64,000 nt of DNA from Gemmatimonadota bacterium (GCA_026705925.1 JAPOZT010000008.1:68217-132216); one strand, 5' to 3'. Counted from the stretch's first letter, positions 28,048 to 39,586 are shown. Program-made: numbers and translations. Notes: generated from the sequence alone by a model not told the origin.

Positions 28048-29088
28048 ATGGATACAACGACGAAACGGCTGTCGGGGCGAGACCGGTACCTGACGCTGTG
28101 GATATTCCTGGCCATGGGCCTCGGCGTCGCACTCGGCGTTTGGACGCCGGATGTGCCCGCACTGATCCAGCTCGGCCAGGTGGGCACGACCAACCTGCCC
28201 ATCGCCATCGGGCTCATCCTGATGATGTATCCCCCGCTGGCCAAGGTAAAGTACGAGGAACTGTGGGACGTTTTCCGCAACGTGCGGATCCTCGGCGCGT
28301 CCCTCTTCCTGAATTGGGTCGTCGGCCCCATGCTCATGTTCGGACTCGCGGCGATCTTCCTGCCGGCGCATCCCGAATACATGACCGGCCTGATCCTCAT
28401 CGGCCTGGCCCGGTGTATCGCCATGGTCATCGTGTGGAACGAACTCGCGAAGGGAAACACGGAGTACGCCGCCGGCCTCGTGGCCTTCAACAGCCTGTTC
28501 CAGGTCTTCTTCTACAGCGTGTACGCCTATGTCTTCATCACGGTGCTTCCACCCTGGTTCGGACTGGAAGGCAGCGTCGTGCCGGTAACGATCGCGCAGA
28601 TCGCGGAGAGCGTGCTCATCTACCTGGGCATCCCCTTCTTCAGCGGCATGGCGACGCGCCTGATCCTGCTGCGGCTCAAGGGACGGCCCTGGTACGAGTC
28701 GACCTTCATCCCCCGCATCAGCCCCATCACCCTGGTGGCGCTGCTGTTCACCATCGTGGTCATGTTCAGCCTGAAGGGCGATACGATCGTGGCCATCCCC
28801 CTGGACGTGGTCCGAATCGCCGTTCCGCTCCTCGTGTATTTCGTGCTCATGTTCCTGATCACCTTCTGGATGGGACGGAAGATCGGCGCGGACTATTCAA
28901 AGAACGCCACGCTTTCCTTCACCGCCGCAAGCAACAACTTCGAACTGGCCATCGCCGTGGCCGTGGCCGTCTTCGGCATCGAATCGGGCGTGGCCTTCGC
29001 AGCGGTCATAGGCCCCCTCGTCGAAGTGCCGGTAATGATCGCGCTGGTCAACGTGGCCCTGCGGTTCCGGGCCATGTATTACAAATGA
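28048..29088 (+). CDS. acr3: arsenite efflux permease ACR3 family
   Basis: [20 protein letters not shown]...[13 protein letters not shown] is typical of ACR3. 346 aa. Confidence 0.85.
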   Translation: MDTTTKRLSGRDRYLTLWIFLAMGLGVALGVWTPDVPALIQLGQVGTTNLPIAIGLILMMYPPLAKVKYEELWDVFRNVRILGASLFLNWVVGPMLMFGLAAIFLPAHPEYMTGLILIGLARCIAMVIVWNELAKGNTEYAAGLVAFNSLFQVFFYSVYAYVFITVLPPWFGLEGSVVPVTIAQIAESVLIYLGIPFFSGMATRLILLRLKGRPWYESTFIPRISPITLVALLFTIVVMFSLKGDTIVAIPLDVVRIAVPLLVYFVLMFLITFWMGRKIGADYSKNATLSFTAASNNFELAIAVAVAVFGIESGVAFAAVIGPLVEVPVMIALVNVALRFRAMYYK

Positions 29089-29271
29089 GCGGTAGGCCGA
29101 CGAGTCGTCCCGCGGCCGGGGCTGAACGCCGGGGACCGAACGGCCTGGGCTGATCGCCGGGGCTGAACGCCGGCGCCGAACTTTAACGTTGCTTCATAGC
29201 GCTCCTGCTTCGTATAATCTCGCCCTGCCATTTCCGCTCGCTTCCTTCCTCCCGAGAAAAGGCTGACCGGG

Positions 29272-30156
29272 GTGACCCACATCGACGAAAACCAGCCGTT
29301 GACGACGAGGTCCGTTCTCCTCGTGCTGATGCTCTGCACGCTCTGGGGCGGTCTGGTCGTATCGGTCAAGGTGGGACTGCAGGGCATCCCGCCGATCCTC
29401 CTGGCGGTGCTGCGTTTCGGCGTCGCCCTCGTGTGCGTCTTCGCCTGGACGCGCCTGGCCGGCGTCTCGCTCTACGTGGCGCGGGGCGACCGCCTGATCA
29501 TCGCTGTGCCCGCCCTCGTCATGGCCGCGCAGATCCTCTTCCTGAACATCGGCGCGGAGCAGACCTCCGGAAGCCACGCCGTGCTGTTCATGCAGACCTA
29601 CCCCTTCGTCGTCGCCGCAATCTCCCACTACATCATCCCGGGAGACCGCCTGACGCTGATGAAAAATGTCGGCCTGGTCCTGGCCGGCGCCGGCATGGTG
29701 CTGACCATTTACGACGAAGCCGGAGGTCCGTCGACCCCGCTGGGAGACGTGCTCGTCCTCTGCAGTTCCATCAGCCTGGCGATCCAGATCATGATCAACA
29801 AGGTCCTGGTCCGGCGCATCTCCCCGGTCTCGGTCATATTCTGGCAGCAGGTGGTCGTGCTGCCCATCTTCACCATCCTCTGGGTGTCGACCGAATGGCA
29901 CCTGCCCGTCACGATCGACCCGGCCATCGTGGCGGCGGTCCTGTACCAGGGCGCCATCGTGGCCGGATTCTGCTTTCTCGTATGGATACGGCTGCTGCAG
30001 CGGCACAGCGCCACCCAGATCAGTGCCTTCTTCTTCACGACGCCCCTGGCCGGCGTCCTCCTGAGCTGGCTCATCCTCGGCGACCAGGTAACCACTTACC
30101 TCACGGGCGGCCTGGTGCTGCTGGCGGCCGGACTCTGGGTGGTCAACCGGTATTGA
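29272..30156 (+). CDS. DMT superfamily transporter (EamA domains)
   Basis: Two EamA repeats, 10 TM helices. GTG start. Confidence 0.75.
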   Translation: MTHIDENQPLTTRSVLLVLMLCTLWGGLVVSVKVGLQGIPPILLAVLRFGVALVCVFAWTRLAGVSLYVARGDRLIIAVPALVMAAQILFLNIGAEQTSGSHAVLFMQTYPFVVAAISHYIIPGDRLTLMKNVGLVLAGAGMVLTIYDEAGGPSTPLGDVLVLCSSISLAIQIMINKVLVRRISPVSVIFWQQVVVLPIFTILWVSTEWHLPVTIDPAIVAAVLYQGAIVAGFCFLVWIRLLQRHSATQISAFFFTTPLAGVLLSWLILGDQVTTYLTGGLVLLAAGLWVVNRY

Positions 30157-30271
30157 CAAACGTTCGGACCGCATAAACGTTCGGGCCGCATAAACCACTC
30201 GGCCCGCACAACCTGCTCCCGGACGACCGCAGGCCGACAACCCGCAACTTCAGAAAGAAAGGAAACCAACG

Positions 30272-31111
30272 ATGATCATCGACTGCCATGCCCACGCGTG
30301 GGATTACTGGCCCTACGAACCGGAAGTCCCGGATCCGGAGAACCGGGGTCGGGCCGAGATGCTGCTTCACGAAATGGATCTGGCCGGAGTGGACCAGGCG
30401 GTGCTGGTCTGCGCCAGAATCGAACACAACCCCAACAACAACGACTACGGGGCCGAGTGCGTCCGCCAGTATCCCGACCGGTTCGTCCAGTTCGCCGACG
30501 TGGACTGTTCCTGGTCCGACACCTACCACGTACCGGGCGCCGCCGACCGGCTGGCCGAATCGATTGAAAAGTACCGGTTGAAAGGGTTCACCCACTACCT
30601 GAAGGGTGATACGGACTGGTTCGAGTCGCGGGAAGGCCTCGCGTTCTTCGAGAAGGCGGCCGAACTCAACCAGATCGCTTCCCTGGCCCTGGGTGCGGCC
30701 TGGATGCCCGCACTGCGCAAGCTCGCGCGACGGTTTCCGGACACGCCCTTCCTCTGTCATCACATGGCCGGTGTGAAGGTGGGCGAACCGTTGCCCCGAC
30801 CCATGCTCAACGAAGTCCTGGCGTCGGCGGACGTGCCCAACATTCACATCAAGCTGTCCGGTTTCCAGTACGTCTCGGAAACCGCCTGGGAATATCCCTA
30901 CTCGGACTGCATGTGGATCGTCCGCAAGCTCTACGAGTACTACGGGGCCGACCGCCTCTGCTGGGCGTCCAACTATCCGCCCGTCGCCCGGGCGAGTACG
31001 TACCAGCACTCCCTCGAAGCCGTGCGGACCCACTGTACATTCATTGCGAAGGTGGACATGGACCTCGTCCTGGGCGGAAACATGGCGCGTTTGCTGGCGG
31101 CGGCAGGGTGA
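30272..31111 (+). CDS. amidohydrolase-2 family metal-dependent TIM-barrel hydrolase
   Basis: MIIDCHAHAWDYW N-terminal HxH motif. Confidence 0.7.
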   Translation: MIIDCHAHAWDYWPYEPEVPDPENRGRAEMLLHEMDLAGVDQAVLVCARIEHNPNNNDYGAECVRQYPDRFVQFADVDCSWSDTYHVPGAADRLAESIEKYRLKGFTHYLKGDTDWFESREGLAFFEKAAELNQIASLALGAAWMPALRKLARRFPDTPFLCHHMAGVKVGEPLPRPMLNEVLASADVPNIHIKLSGFQYVSETAWEYPYSDCMWIVRKLYEYYGADRLCWASNYPPVARASTYQHSLEAVRTHCTFIAKVDMDLVLGGNMARLLAAAG

Positions 31112-31295
31112 AACCGTGTAATTAACGGAAACTATTGCGCCATCCCCGCTGTCTAATCGTGCAGATAGTCGCGAACTTCCCGTGAATGACAGGCGCCTGC
31201 GGGTGTATATTAATAGTTAGTATTGATTTAGTATTGATTGGGATGGTAGTAAAACCGGCAGGAGACATTCGACAGGCAGGAAAACAGGAGCAGGC

Positions 31296-32411
31296 ATGCG
31301 TCGTCACCAGGTTCTGTATCGAATAATGTGTCTTTCCCGGTCAGCCGCCACTGCGGTGTGCATCGCTTTCCTGGCGGCATTCATCGCGGTGGGGTGCGGC
31401 GATGCCAGCTCCGAGGCCGCGGAGAAGGCGAACGGCGATGAGGAAGGAACGGCTGAGGCCGACACCACGGAGGTGCCGCCGGTCCCGGTGAACGTGATCG
31501 AGGCTTCCATCGGGACCATTTCCGACATCGTATTGACAACCGCGACGGTGGAGGCCGACCGCGACGCGCAGATCTTCCCGCGGACCAACGCGATGATCGA
31601 AGAGGTGCGGGTGGAAGAAGGCGCCTACGTGAAACGGAACGATGTGCTCGCCGTGCTCGAGAACGACGAGGAAGAGGTGGCCCTCGCGAGAGCGGAAGCG
31701 ATCCGGGAGGCCCGCAAGCAGGAATTCGATCGATCGCTTGCCCTGCTGAACGCCCAGCTCATCAGCGAGGTGGACCACGAGGCGAAGGAGCGGGAGTTAA
31801 TCTTGGCCAGGGCGGACTGGGACGCCGCCAAGGTGGCCTACGACAAGACGACGATCCGGGCGCCATTCAGCGGCACGATCACGGAACGCCACCAGAACGT
31901 CGGCAACATGGCGCGGTCGGGAGACGCACTCTTCACACTGGTCGACCTCAACTCGCTGCTCATCTACACCCATCTGCCCGAAATGGAGTGGGCCCACGTG
32001 GCTGTGGACCAGGAGGTCATCCTGGAGACCGAAACCCTCACGGACGGCGAGTTTCAGGGTTCGGTCCTCAGAGTGAGTCCCATCATAAACCCGCAGAACG
32101 GCACCTTCAAGGTCACGATCAAGATCGACGATCCGGACTGGCGCTTGAAACCCGGCATGTTCGTCCGGGTCAAGATCCTGGCCGACCAGCACGAGGACGT
32201 GATCCTGATCCCCAAGATCGCCCTGCTTGAGGACAACGAGGTCTTCGTCGTCAAGGAAGACACCGTAGCGACCCGCGTCCCGCTTACCCTGGGCCTGCAG
32301 GACTCCGATGTCAGTGAGATACGCGAGGGGCTCAATCCCGGGGACCTGGTCGTGATCGCCGGTCACCGGAGCATGAAAGACAGTACGCGGGTCAAGATCG
32401 TATCTCCCTGA
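31296..32411 (+). CDS. RND efflux periplasmic adaptor (MFP/HlyD-like)
   Basis: Signal/TM region, coiled-coil hairpin, and a beta-barrel domain typical of membrane fusion proteins. Confidence 0.8.
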   Translation: MRRHQVLYRIMCLSRSAATAVCIAFLAAFIAVGCGDASSEAAEKANGDEEGTAEADTTEVPPVPVNVIEASIGTISDIVLTTATVEADRDAQIFPRTNAMIEEVRVEEGAYVKRNDVLAVLENDEEEVALARAEAIREARKQEFDRSLALLNAQLISEVDHEAKERELILARADWDAAKVAYDKTTIRAPFSGTITERHQNVGNMARSGDALFTLVDLNSLLIYTHLPEMEWAHVAVDQEVILETETLTDGEFQGSVLRVSPIINPQNGTFKVTIKIDDPDWRLKPGMFVRVKILADQHEDVILIPKIALLEDNEVFVVKEDTVATRVPLTLGLQDSDVSEIREGLNPGDLVVIAGHRSMKDSTRVKIVSP

Positions 32412-32429
32412 CCTGCGGGAATCCTCGTT

Positions 32430-35400
32430 ATGACCATCGTAGACTTCGCGATCCGCAGGCCGGTCACCGTCACCATGCTGGTTCTGGCGGCGCTGATCTT
32501 CGGCTATGTCTCCTTCGACCGGCTCGCGGTCAATCTCCTGCCGGACATAACTTACCCCTCTCTCACCGTTCGAACCGAGTACGAAGGCGCGGCGCCCGAA
32601 GAGATCGAAAACCTGATCTCGCGGCGCATCGAGGAGGCCGTGGGGGTCATCACGGGACTGGTCGAAGTCAGTTCCATCTCCCGGGCCGGCATATCGGACG
32701 TGGTGCTTGAATTCGACTGGGACACGGACATGAACCTTGCGATCATGGACGTGCGGGAACGGGTGGACCGCGTCTTTCTGCCCCAGGACGCCGAGCGGCC
32801 TCTCCTCCTTCGATATAACCCCGAACTCGATCCGATCATGCGCCTCGGCCTTTCCGGCGAAGATCTCATCATGCTCCGCAATCTGGCGGACTGGGAGATA
32901 CGCAGACAGCTGGAGACGATCCCCGGGGTGGCCTCCGTACGGATGAAGGGCGGACTGGTCGAGGAAATCCAGGTGGAAATCGACGAGGCCCAGCTGACGC
33001 GCCTGGGTCTCACGTTCCAGCAGATCAATCAGCGTCTCGCCGCGGAGAACATAAACCAGGCCGGAGGGCAGCTCAGGGACGGAGACGAGGAGTTGATCGT
33101 CCGCGCGGTGAACGAATTCCGGACGGTGGAGGAGATCGGCGAGATCATTATCTCCCAGCGGGGAGAGGCACCGGTCCGGCTGCACGACCTGGCCACGGTT
33201 AAGCGCCACTTCAAAGAGCGGAAAACCGTCACGCGGATCAACGGGCAGGAAAGCGTGGAAATCGCCCTGTTCAAGGAAGCCGACGCCAATACGGTGAAAG
33301 TGGCCAGGGCCATCAAAGAGCGACTGGGCGATGTATCGGTGGGGATGAGCGTAGCAGATCGTGCCGACGAAGAGGCGCCACCGGACGATGAAGGGGACGT
33401 GGACGCAAACGCCGTCGCCGGTACGGAAACGACGGTGGGCGACGAACGGCGCTCCGTGGTTTCAACGCTGCCGGAAGGCGTGTCGCTGTATATCGTATCG
33501 GACCAGTCCCGTTTCATTGAGAGCGCCATTGATGAAGTAATCAGTACCGCCAGGTGGGGCGGTCTGTTGGCGATCCTGGTACTGTTCCTTTTCCTTCGCA
33601 ACCTGAAAAGCACTCTGATCGTCGGCGTCGCCATCCCCGTTTCGGTGCTGATCACCTTCATCCTGATGTTCTTCAGCGACACTACGCTCAATATCATGTC
33701 ACTCGGAGGCCTGGCACTTGGTATCGGCATGCTGGTCGACAACGCCATCGTGGTACTGGAGAGCATTTTCAGGTGCCGGGAGGAAGGCGACTCCATCGTC
33801 GAAGCGGCCCGGCGCGGAGCGTCGGAGGTTGGCATGGCCGTTACGGCGTCGACCCTCACCACCATCGCCGTGTTCTTCCCCATCGTATTCATCGAAGGGA
33901 TTGCCGGCCAGATCTTCACCGACCAGGCCCTGACGGTCACTTTCGCCCTGCTGGCTTCCCTCGCCGTGGCCCTTACCTTCATCCCCATGATGGCCTCCCG
34001 GGAAGGTGGGACGGGCGGCGCGGGCGGCGCGGGCCTGTGGATGCAGGCGGCGTACAGGGATTTTCACCGGACCTCGCCGGAGGACCGTGGCTTCGCCTTA
34101 AGCTGGTTCGCCGGGAGGGCAAAGCGCGATACCGGTTCGTGGTTCAAGGGGACCTTTCCCGGCCTGACGTGGTTCGGGGAGACTTCCCGGAATTTCAGGA
34201 CGCGTGCGAACGGCCGACGGTCCTTGCCGGGCTGGATCGTTCTCTTCCCACTCTACTTCGCGGGTCGTTTCTTCCTGCTGGTCTGGCAATGGCTGAAGGG
34301 ATGCGTGGTCCATAGGAGAGAAGGGGCGGCACCGGAGGGCGGGAAACGCTGGCTTCGGGCTGCCGTGTTCGTTCCGAAATGGATCGCGGTCTTCCTGTTT
34401 CGCTTGGTGCTGCCCTTCTTCGAGCTGATTCGATTTGCGGTCGGAAGCACCTTCAAGATCCTGTTTACGGTCATACCGAACCTTCTCGCCCTGGTGCTGA
34501 CGCCGGTCTGGCTGCTGATCCGCGGTATATTCTGGATCCTTGGGAAGGTGCTGCATCCGGTCCTGCACCTCTTCAGTCGCGGCCTTACGGTCTTGCAGGA
34601 TATCTACGTATCCGTGCTTTCCCGGGTCCTGGCGCACCGTTTTGCCACGTTGATTGTCATCGCGGCAATCGTGGGAACCTCCGCGGTACTCATTCCCCGC
34701 CTCGGTACGGAACTCATACCGGAACTGGAACAGGGCGAGTTCGCAGTGGACCTGATCCTGCCGACCGGCACGCCGCTCGCGACCACCGATACGACTGCGA
34801 CGAGGATCGAAAACCTGGTCCGGGACGACCCTGACGTCGAACAGGTCTATGTCGTCGTGGGTGCGTTGGAATCGAGCGGCGCGCTCATCGACGAAGAACG
34901 GGAGAACGTCGCGCGGGTGGCCGTAATGCTTCAGGCCGAAGCCATGAGGGAGAAGGGAAGCGACGAAGTCATGGACCGATTGCGGTTCCGCCTGGAGGAG
35001 ATACCGGACGCCCGCGTCGAGTTCGCACGGCCGGCCCTTTTCAGTTTCAAGACCCCGCTCGAACTGGAGATCCGGGGGTACAACCTGAAGGATCTGCGCG
35101 AAGTGAGCGGCGAGGTGGTCGGCGCTCTCGACGGGGTAGAGGGCCTCAGGGACGCCCGGTCCCTGATGGAGGAAGGACATCCCGAAGTCGTGGTCGTATT
35201 CGACCGTGACCGCATGGCGGCCCTGGGCGTGGACATCGGGCAGGCCGCGGACGCGATCAGGAACAAGGTCCGCGGCAGCGTGGCTACCCAGTTTTCAGCG
35301 GGGGACCGGAAAATCGACATCCTGGTGCGGGCGCGGGAGGAGGACCGGAAGGAAATCGCCCAGTTGAAGGCCCTGGCCGTGAACACCCCGAATCGGGGAA

Positions 35401-36218
35401 ACGCAAGCAACCCCAGTATGCCGAACCGGAACGCCTCCGGCGAGGACCCCGAATCGTCGAACAGTTTGCCTGCGCAACCTGGATCCGAGCGCAGTTCCGT
35501 GCTGCTCGGCGCCGTGGCGCAGGTCCACATGGACGAGGGGCCGAGCGAGATCCGGCGCATCGACCAGCAGCGCGTGGCGCTCGTGACGGCCAATCTGACG
35601 GGGATTGACCTGGGAAGCGTCGCAAGGGATGTACAGTCCAGACTGGCCGGACTCCCCCTGCCCGATGACTTCAGAATCGACCTGGGGGGGCAATACCGGG
35701 AGATGAACACGGCGTCCAGCAGCATGCTTCTGGCTATCGCCATGGCCGTGTTCCTGGTCTACCTGGTCATGGCTTCCCAGTTCGAGTCGCTGATCCACCC
35801 CTTTATCGTCATGTTCTCCTTTCTCCTCGCCCTTTCCGGCGTGCTGCTGGCCCTGTACCTGCTCGACATCACGGTCAGTGTCGTGGTCCTGATCGGCATC
35901 ATCATGCTGGCCGGGATCGTAGTGAACAACGCGATCGTGCTGGTCGACTATATCAATCGATTGCGGCGAAGGGGGGAAGACCGGATCGAGGCGGTCATTA
36001 AGGCCGGCCGCGTCAGGCTGCGTCCCATTCTGATGACGACCGCGACGACGGTGCTCGGCCTGCTGCCCCTGGCGCTGGGCGTGGGCGAAGGCGCGGAGAT
36101 ACGCACGCCGCTCGCCATCACCGTCATAGCCGGCCTGATTTCTTCCACGGTGTTGACCCTGATCGTGATACCCGTCATATATACCATACTGGACAGAAAA
36201 GAGGACGCGGTCACGTAA
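32430..36218 (+). CDS. RND efflux permease (AcrB/MdtB-like) with ~175-aa hydrophobic insertion between TM6 and TM7
   Basis: 1262 aa, AcrB-type topology. After TM6 (LTFIPMMASR), 33.99-34.64 kb encodes extra hydrophobic helices before TM7 and the conserved LIPELEQGEF segment. Confidence 0.85.
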   Translation: MTIVDFAIRRPVTVTMLVLAALIFGYVSFDRLAVNLLPDITYPSLTVRTEYEGAAPEEIENLISRRIEEAVGVITGLVEVSSISRAGISDVVLEFDWDTDMNLAIMDVRERVDRVFLPQDAERPLLLRYNPELDPIMRLGLSGEDLIMLRNLADWEIRRQLETIPGVASVRMKGGLVEEIQVEIDEAQLTRLGLTFQQINQRLAAENINQAGGQLRDGDEELIVRAVNEFRTVEEIGEIIISQRGEAPVRLHDLATVKRHFKERKTVTRINGQESVEIALFKEADANTVKVARAIKERLGDVSVGMSVADRADEEAPPDDEGDVDANAVAGTETTVGDERRSVVSTLPEGVSLYIVSDQSRFIESAIDEVISTARWGGLLAILVLFLFLRNLKSTLIVGVAIPVSVLITFILMFFSDTTLNIMSLGGLALGIGMLVDNAIVVLESIFRCREEGDSIVEAARRGASEVGMAVTASTLTTIAVFFPIVFIEGIAGQIFTDQALTVTFALLASLAVALTFIPMMASREGGTGGAGGAGLWMQAAYRDFHRTSPEDRGFALSWFAGRAKRDTGSWFKGTFPGLTWFGETSRNFRTRANGRRSLPGWIVLFPLYFAGRFFLLVWQWLKGCVVHRREGAAPEGGKRWLRAAVFVPKWIAVFLFRLVLPFFELIRFAVGSTFKILFTVIPNLLALVLTPVWLLIRGIFWILGKVLHPVLHLFSRGLTVLQDIYVSVLSRVLAHRFATLIVIAAIVGTSAVLIPRLGTELIPELEQGEFAVDLILPTGTPLATTDTTATRIENLVRDDPDVEQVYVVVGALESSGALIDEERENVARVAVMLQAEAMREKGSDEVMDRLRFRLEEIPDARVEFARPALFSFKTPLELEIRGYNLKDLREVSGEVVGALDGVEGLRDARSLMEEGHPEVVVVFDRDRMAALGVDIGQAADAIRNKVRGSVATQFSAGDRKIDILVRAREEDRKEIAQLKALAVNTPNRGNASNPSMPNRNASGEDPESSNSLPAQPGSERSSVLLGAVAQVHMDEGPSEIRRIDQQRVALVTANLTGIDLGSVARDVQSRLAGLPLPDDFRIDLGGQYREMNTASSSMLLAIAMAVFLVYLVMASQFESLIHPFIVMFSFLLALSGVLLALYLLDITVSVVVLIGIIMLAGIVVNNAIVLVDYINRLRRRGEDRIEAVIKAGRVRLRPILMTTATTVLGLLPLALGVGEGAEIRTPLAITVIAGLISSTVLTLIVIPVIYTILDRKEDAVT

Positions 36219-36264
36219 TGAACGTGACCCCGGACAACGCGGAAGCAAACATGCAGAGGGACCG

Positions 36265-39200
36265 ATGTTCAAATTTCTGACACCCGCCAACTGGACCGCC
36301 TTCGCCTTTCGCCGGCCGGTGACCGTTTTCATGGTGCTGATCAGCGCGATCCTCTTCGGTTTGGTTTCGTTCAGGCTGCTTCCGCTGGAGTTCATCCCCG
36401 CGGTCGAATGGACGGGCATGAACGTCTGGGTCCCCTATCCCAATTCCACGCCCGAGGACAACGTACAGCTGATCGCCCGGCCCCTGGAGGACGAACTGAA
36501 GACGCTGCGCGGACTGGTTCGCGTGGAATCCAACGCGAGTACCAGCGGGGTGAACGTCAATCTGCGCTTCGACTACGACACCGACATGAAGCTGGCCTAC
36601 GTGGAAGCCCGCGACCGCGTGGAGCGGGTGCGACCCCGGCTGCCCGACGACATTGACCGCATCTGGATAAGGAAGTTCTCCACGACCGACATTCCCATCA
36701 TGTTCCTTGCCATGTCGTGGCACGGAGACCAGGATGCGCTGTTCCAGGTGGTTGACGAGCAGCTCCGGCCCCGTCTCGAACGGCTGGACGGCATCGCCGG
36801 TATTGACACGTGGGGTTCCCAGGCGCGGCAAGTGATCATCGATTTGGATCAAGATCGACTGAAAGCATATAGGATGAATCCCGATCTGTTCATCAGGGCC
36901 ATGAACCAGGCGAACATGGACTCGCCGGGGGGATACGTGGACGACGGCGGTTTCCGCTACCTCGTCCGCCTCACGGGCGCGTTCCAGTCCGTCGAAGACA
37001 TCCAGGCGTTCCCCATCAACGAACGCGGTCTTCGGCTTGGGGACGTCGCCGAAGTGGCTTACCGCAAACCCACGACCCTCCGGCGCGCCCGCCTCGACGG
37101 CCAGGACGCCGTCGGGATGGTCATCCGCAAGGAATCCAATGCCAACACCGTGGACGTTACGTCCGCCGTCCGGGAAACGCTGGACGAGTTGACCCGAGAC
37201 CCGCGATGGCCCGGCCTGACCTACCACGTCTTCTTCGAGCAGTCCTCCTGGATCCTGGGATCGCTGAAAGCCCTCGGCAACGCCGGGATGTGGGGAGGGC
37301 TGTTCGCCATGGGCGTGCTGTTCTTCTTCCTGAGAAGGTACCGGACGACCTTCATCATCGCCGCTTCCATACCGGCATCCATCCTGGTCACGTTCACGGC
37401 CATGTATTTCATCAATTCGAGCTACCAGATCCTGTCGCTCAATATCGTGTCCCTGATGGGACTGATGCTCGGCATCGGCATGCTGGTGGACAACGCCGTC
37501 GTGGTCCTCGAGAACATCCTCAGGCTGCGCCGCCAGGGCGTGGAACCCGTCCAGGCGGCCATCCAGGGCGCCCGGGAGGTCTCGGTGGCCGTCAGCGCTG
37601 CCACGCTCACCACGGCTATCGTATTTTTGCCCCTGCTCTTCATCGGCGGCGGCGGCGCGCAGACGCAAATGCGCGAACTGGGGCTGGTCATCACCATTTC
37701 CCTGGTTTCGTCCCTGATCATGTCGCTGAGCTTCATTCCCCTGCTCGCATCCCGCCTGCTGAAGGACGGCTCACTACCCAACATCGGTTTGCTGGATGCG
37801 CTGGAACAGAAATACAGCAGCGTGATCGGCTGGGTGCTAAACCACCGGCTCGACGTGGCGCTCATCCTGGTCGGCTTCATTGTGTTGACCATGCTCGTAC
37901 CCATGCAAAAGGTCAGTTTCACCAACACGCCGACGGACCAGCGACAGATATGGATGTACGTCGAACCCGGCCCGTTTATCAATCTCGAAGAGACCGAACA
38001 GTTTGTGAACCAACGGGAAAACGAGTGGCTGGCCGCGGCGGACTCGCTGAACATCAAGGCCATACGCACCGACTTCCGACCCGGCCAGGTCTGGTTCAAC
38101 GTGTACCTTAAAAACGAGCAGGACGACTCGGCCTGGGAGGGATTGCTCCACAGGGCAGCGTATCCGTGGGTGTGGGCTTCGCTGGTGGGTTGCGCTTTCC
38201 TCCTGGTCGTGTTTCGCAGAAACGCCTACGCCTTCCAGGTCCTTGCCGTTGCCGCGGCGCTGTACGTGGCTATCCTGATCATTCTCGGTTCCCAGGGCGG
38301 GGTGGAGACCTACCGTACTTCGGAAGAGGTCGCCAAAGACCTGCGCGAGTCGATTCCAGAGGCGCCGGGGCGGGTCGTAAAGTGGCGGTGGGGGGAGGAA
38401 GGCGAGGAAGATCCCAGGGTGAGTATTGCCCTGAGCGGCGAAGACTCCAGGCTGCTTGAGGAGATCAGCGAGGATGTTGATAACAGGCTCAGCCAGTTGC
38501 CCGAAATCACGGCGATCACCACCGATCTCGACAACGACGAAACCCAGGACGAGTTGCGCGTCAGCGTGGATCGGGACCTGGCGGGCAAGTTCGGACTGAC
38601 GCCCCAGCGTATCGCCTCCATGACCCTCTCCGGTATCAGGGGTCAGGAATTGAAACGGTTGAAGACCCTGGACCGGGAGATACGGGTCTGGGTTCAGTCG
38701 GACGAAGCGGACCGTAAGACCGTCCACCAGCTTCAAGACCATGCGGTCTTTCTGGACGATGGAACGCAACTCCCGCTCGCCACCATGGCCAGTTTCGAAC
38801 AGAGCCCGGCCTTCCGAACGGTCTATCGCCGGGACAGCCAGACCATCCTCATGGTCCGCGCGAACACCACTACCGAAGGCATAGAGACCCTGGGCGACAG
38901 AATAAGCGCGAGCCTGGAGGATCTGTCCCTTCCCCGGGGCTACTCCTGGCGGCTTGGAGAACGCTGGGAGCGACTGGAAGAAGACACGCAGACCATGGTG
39001 CTGGCGGCCATGCTGGCGTTGGTCGCGGTCCTGCTGCTGCTGGGATCGTTGTTCGAGTCTTACATCGATCCCCTGATCATTGTCCTGGTATCCATCCCCT
39101 TCGCCTACATCGGGTGCTACTGGATGCTCTTCGCGACCGGCACCAACATGTCCGCACTCGCGATGATCGGGGTTGTGATCCTCATCGGGGTGGTCGTGAA

Positions 39201-39528
39201 CAACGCCATCGTCTTTATCGACCACATCAAGAACCTGGAGAAAGAGGGCCGTCTGAAGGGCCGGGAGCTGATCATCCAAGCCGGGCGCGACCGCCTGCGG
39301 CCGATCCTGATGACGGCGCTGACGACCATGCTCGGCCTGCTGCCCATGGCGATCGGCACCGCCGCGATAGGAAACCAGCCGTACTACCCGATGGGCCGAT
39401 CCGTGATGGGCGGCCTGATCTTCTCCACCATCGGCGCCATGATCGCGCTGCCCCTGGTCTACAGCGCCTTCGAAGACCTTCGAAACTGGTGGGGCGGCAT
39501 CGTGGCGAGGATCCGGCGCCCGGTATGA
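36265..39528 (+). CDS. RND efflux permease (AcrB/MdtC-like), second permease of the locus
   Basis: 1087 aa, AcrB family. Together with the adaptor it resembles an MdtABC heteromeric arrangement. Confidence 0.85.
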   Translation: MFKFLTPANWTAFAFRRPVTVFMVLISAILFGLVSFRLLPLEFIPAVEWTGMNVWVPYPNSTPEDNVQLIARPLEDELKTLRGLVRVESNASTSGVNVNLRFDYDTDMKLAYVEARDRVERVRPRLPDDIDRIWIRKFSTTDIPIMFLAMSWHGDQDALFQVVDEQLRPRLERLDGIAGIDTWGSQARQVIIDLDQDRLKAYRMNPDLFIRAMNQANMDSPGGYVDDGGFRYLVRLTGAFQSVEDIQAFPINERGLRLGDVAEVAYRKPTTLRRARLDGQDAVGMVIRKESNANTVDVTSAVRETLDELTRDPRWPGLTYHVFFEQSSWILGSLKALGNAGMWGGLFAMGVLFFFLRRYRTTFIIAASIPASILVTFTAMYFINSSYQILSLNIVSLMGLMLGIGMLVDNAVVVLENILRLRRQGVEPVQAAIQGAREVSVAVSAATLTTAIVFLPLLFIGGGGAQTQMRELGLVITISLVSSLIMSLSFIPLLASRLLKDGSLPNIGLLDALEQKYSSVIGWVLNHRLDVALILVGFIVLTMLVPMQKVSFTNTPTDQRQIWMYVEPGPFINLEETEQFVNQRENEWLAAADSLNIKAIRTDFRPGQVWFNVYLKNEQDDSAWEGLLHRAAYPWVWASLVGCAFLLVVFRRNAYAFQVLAVAAALYVAILIILGSQGGVETYRTSEEVAKDLRESIPEAPGRVVKWRWGEEGEEDPRVSIALSGEDSRLLEEISEDVDNRLSQLPEITAITTDLDNDETQDELRVSVDRDLAGKFGLTPQRIASMTLSGIRGQELKRLKTLDREIRVWVQSDEADRKTVHQLQDHAVFLDDGTQLPLATMASFEQSPAFRTVYRRDSQTILMVRANTTTEGIETLGDRISASLEDLSLPRGYSWRLGERWERLEEDTQTMVLAAMLALVAVLLLLGSLFESYIDPLIIVLVSIPFAYIGCYWMLFATGTNMSALAMIGVVILIGVVVNNAIVFIDHIKNLEKEGRLKGRELIIQAGRDRLRPILMTALTTMLGLLPMAIGTAAIGNQPYYPMGRSVMGGLIFSTIGAMIALPLVYSAFEDLRNWWGGIVARIRRPV

Positions 39529-39586
39529 CGGGCGCTGAACCGATGCCCGTAGTGCACCAACGCCCGGTACGACTCAGTCCGGGGTT

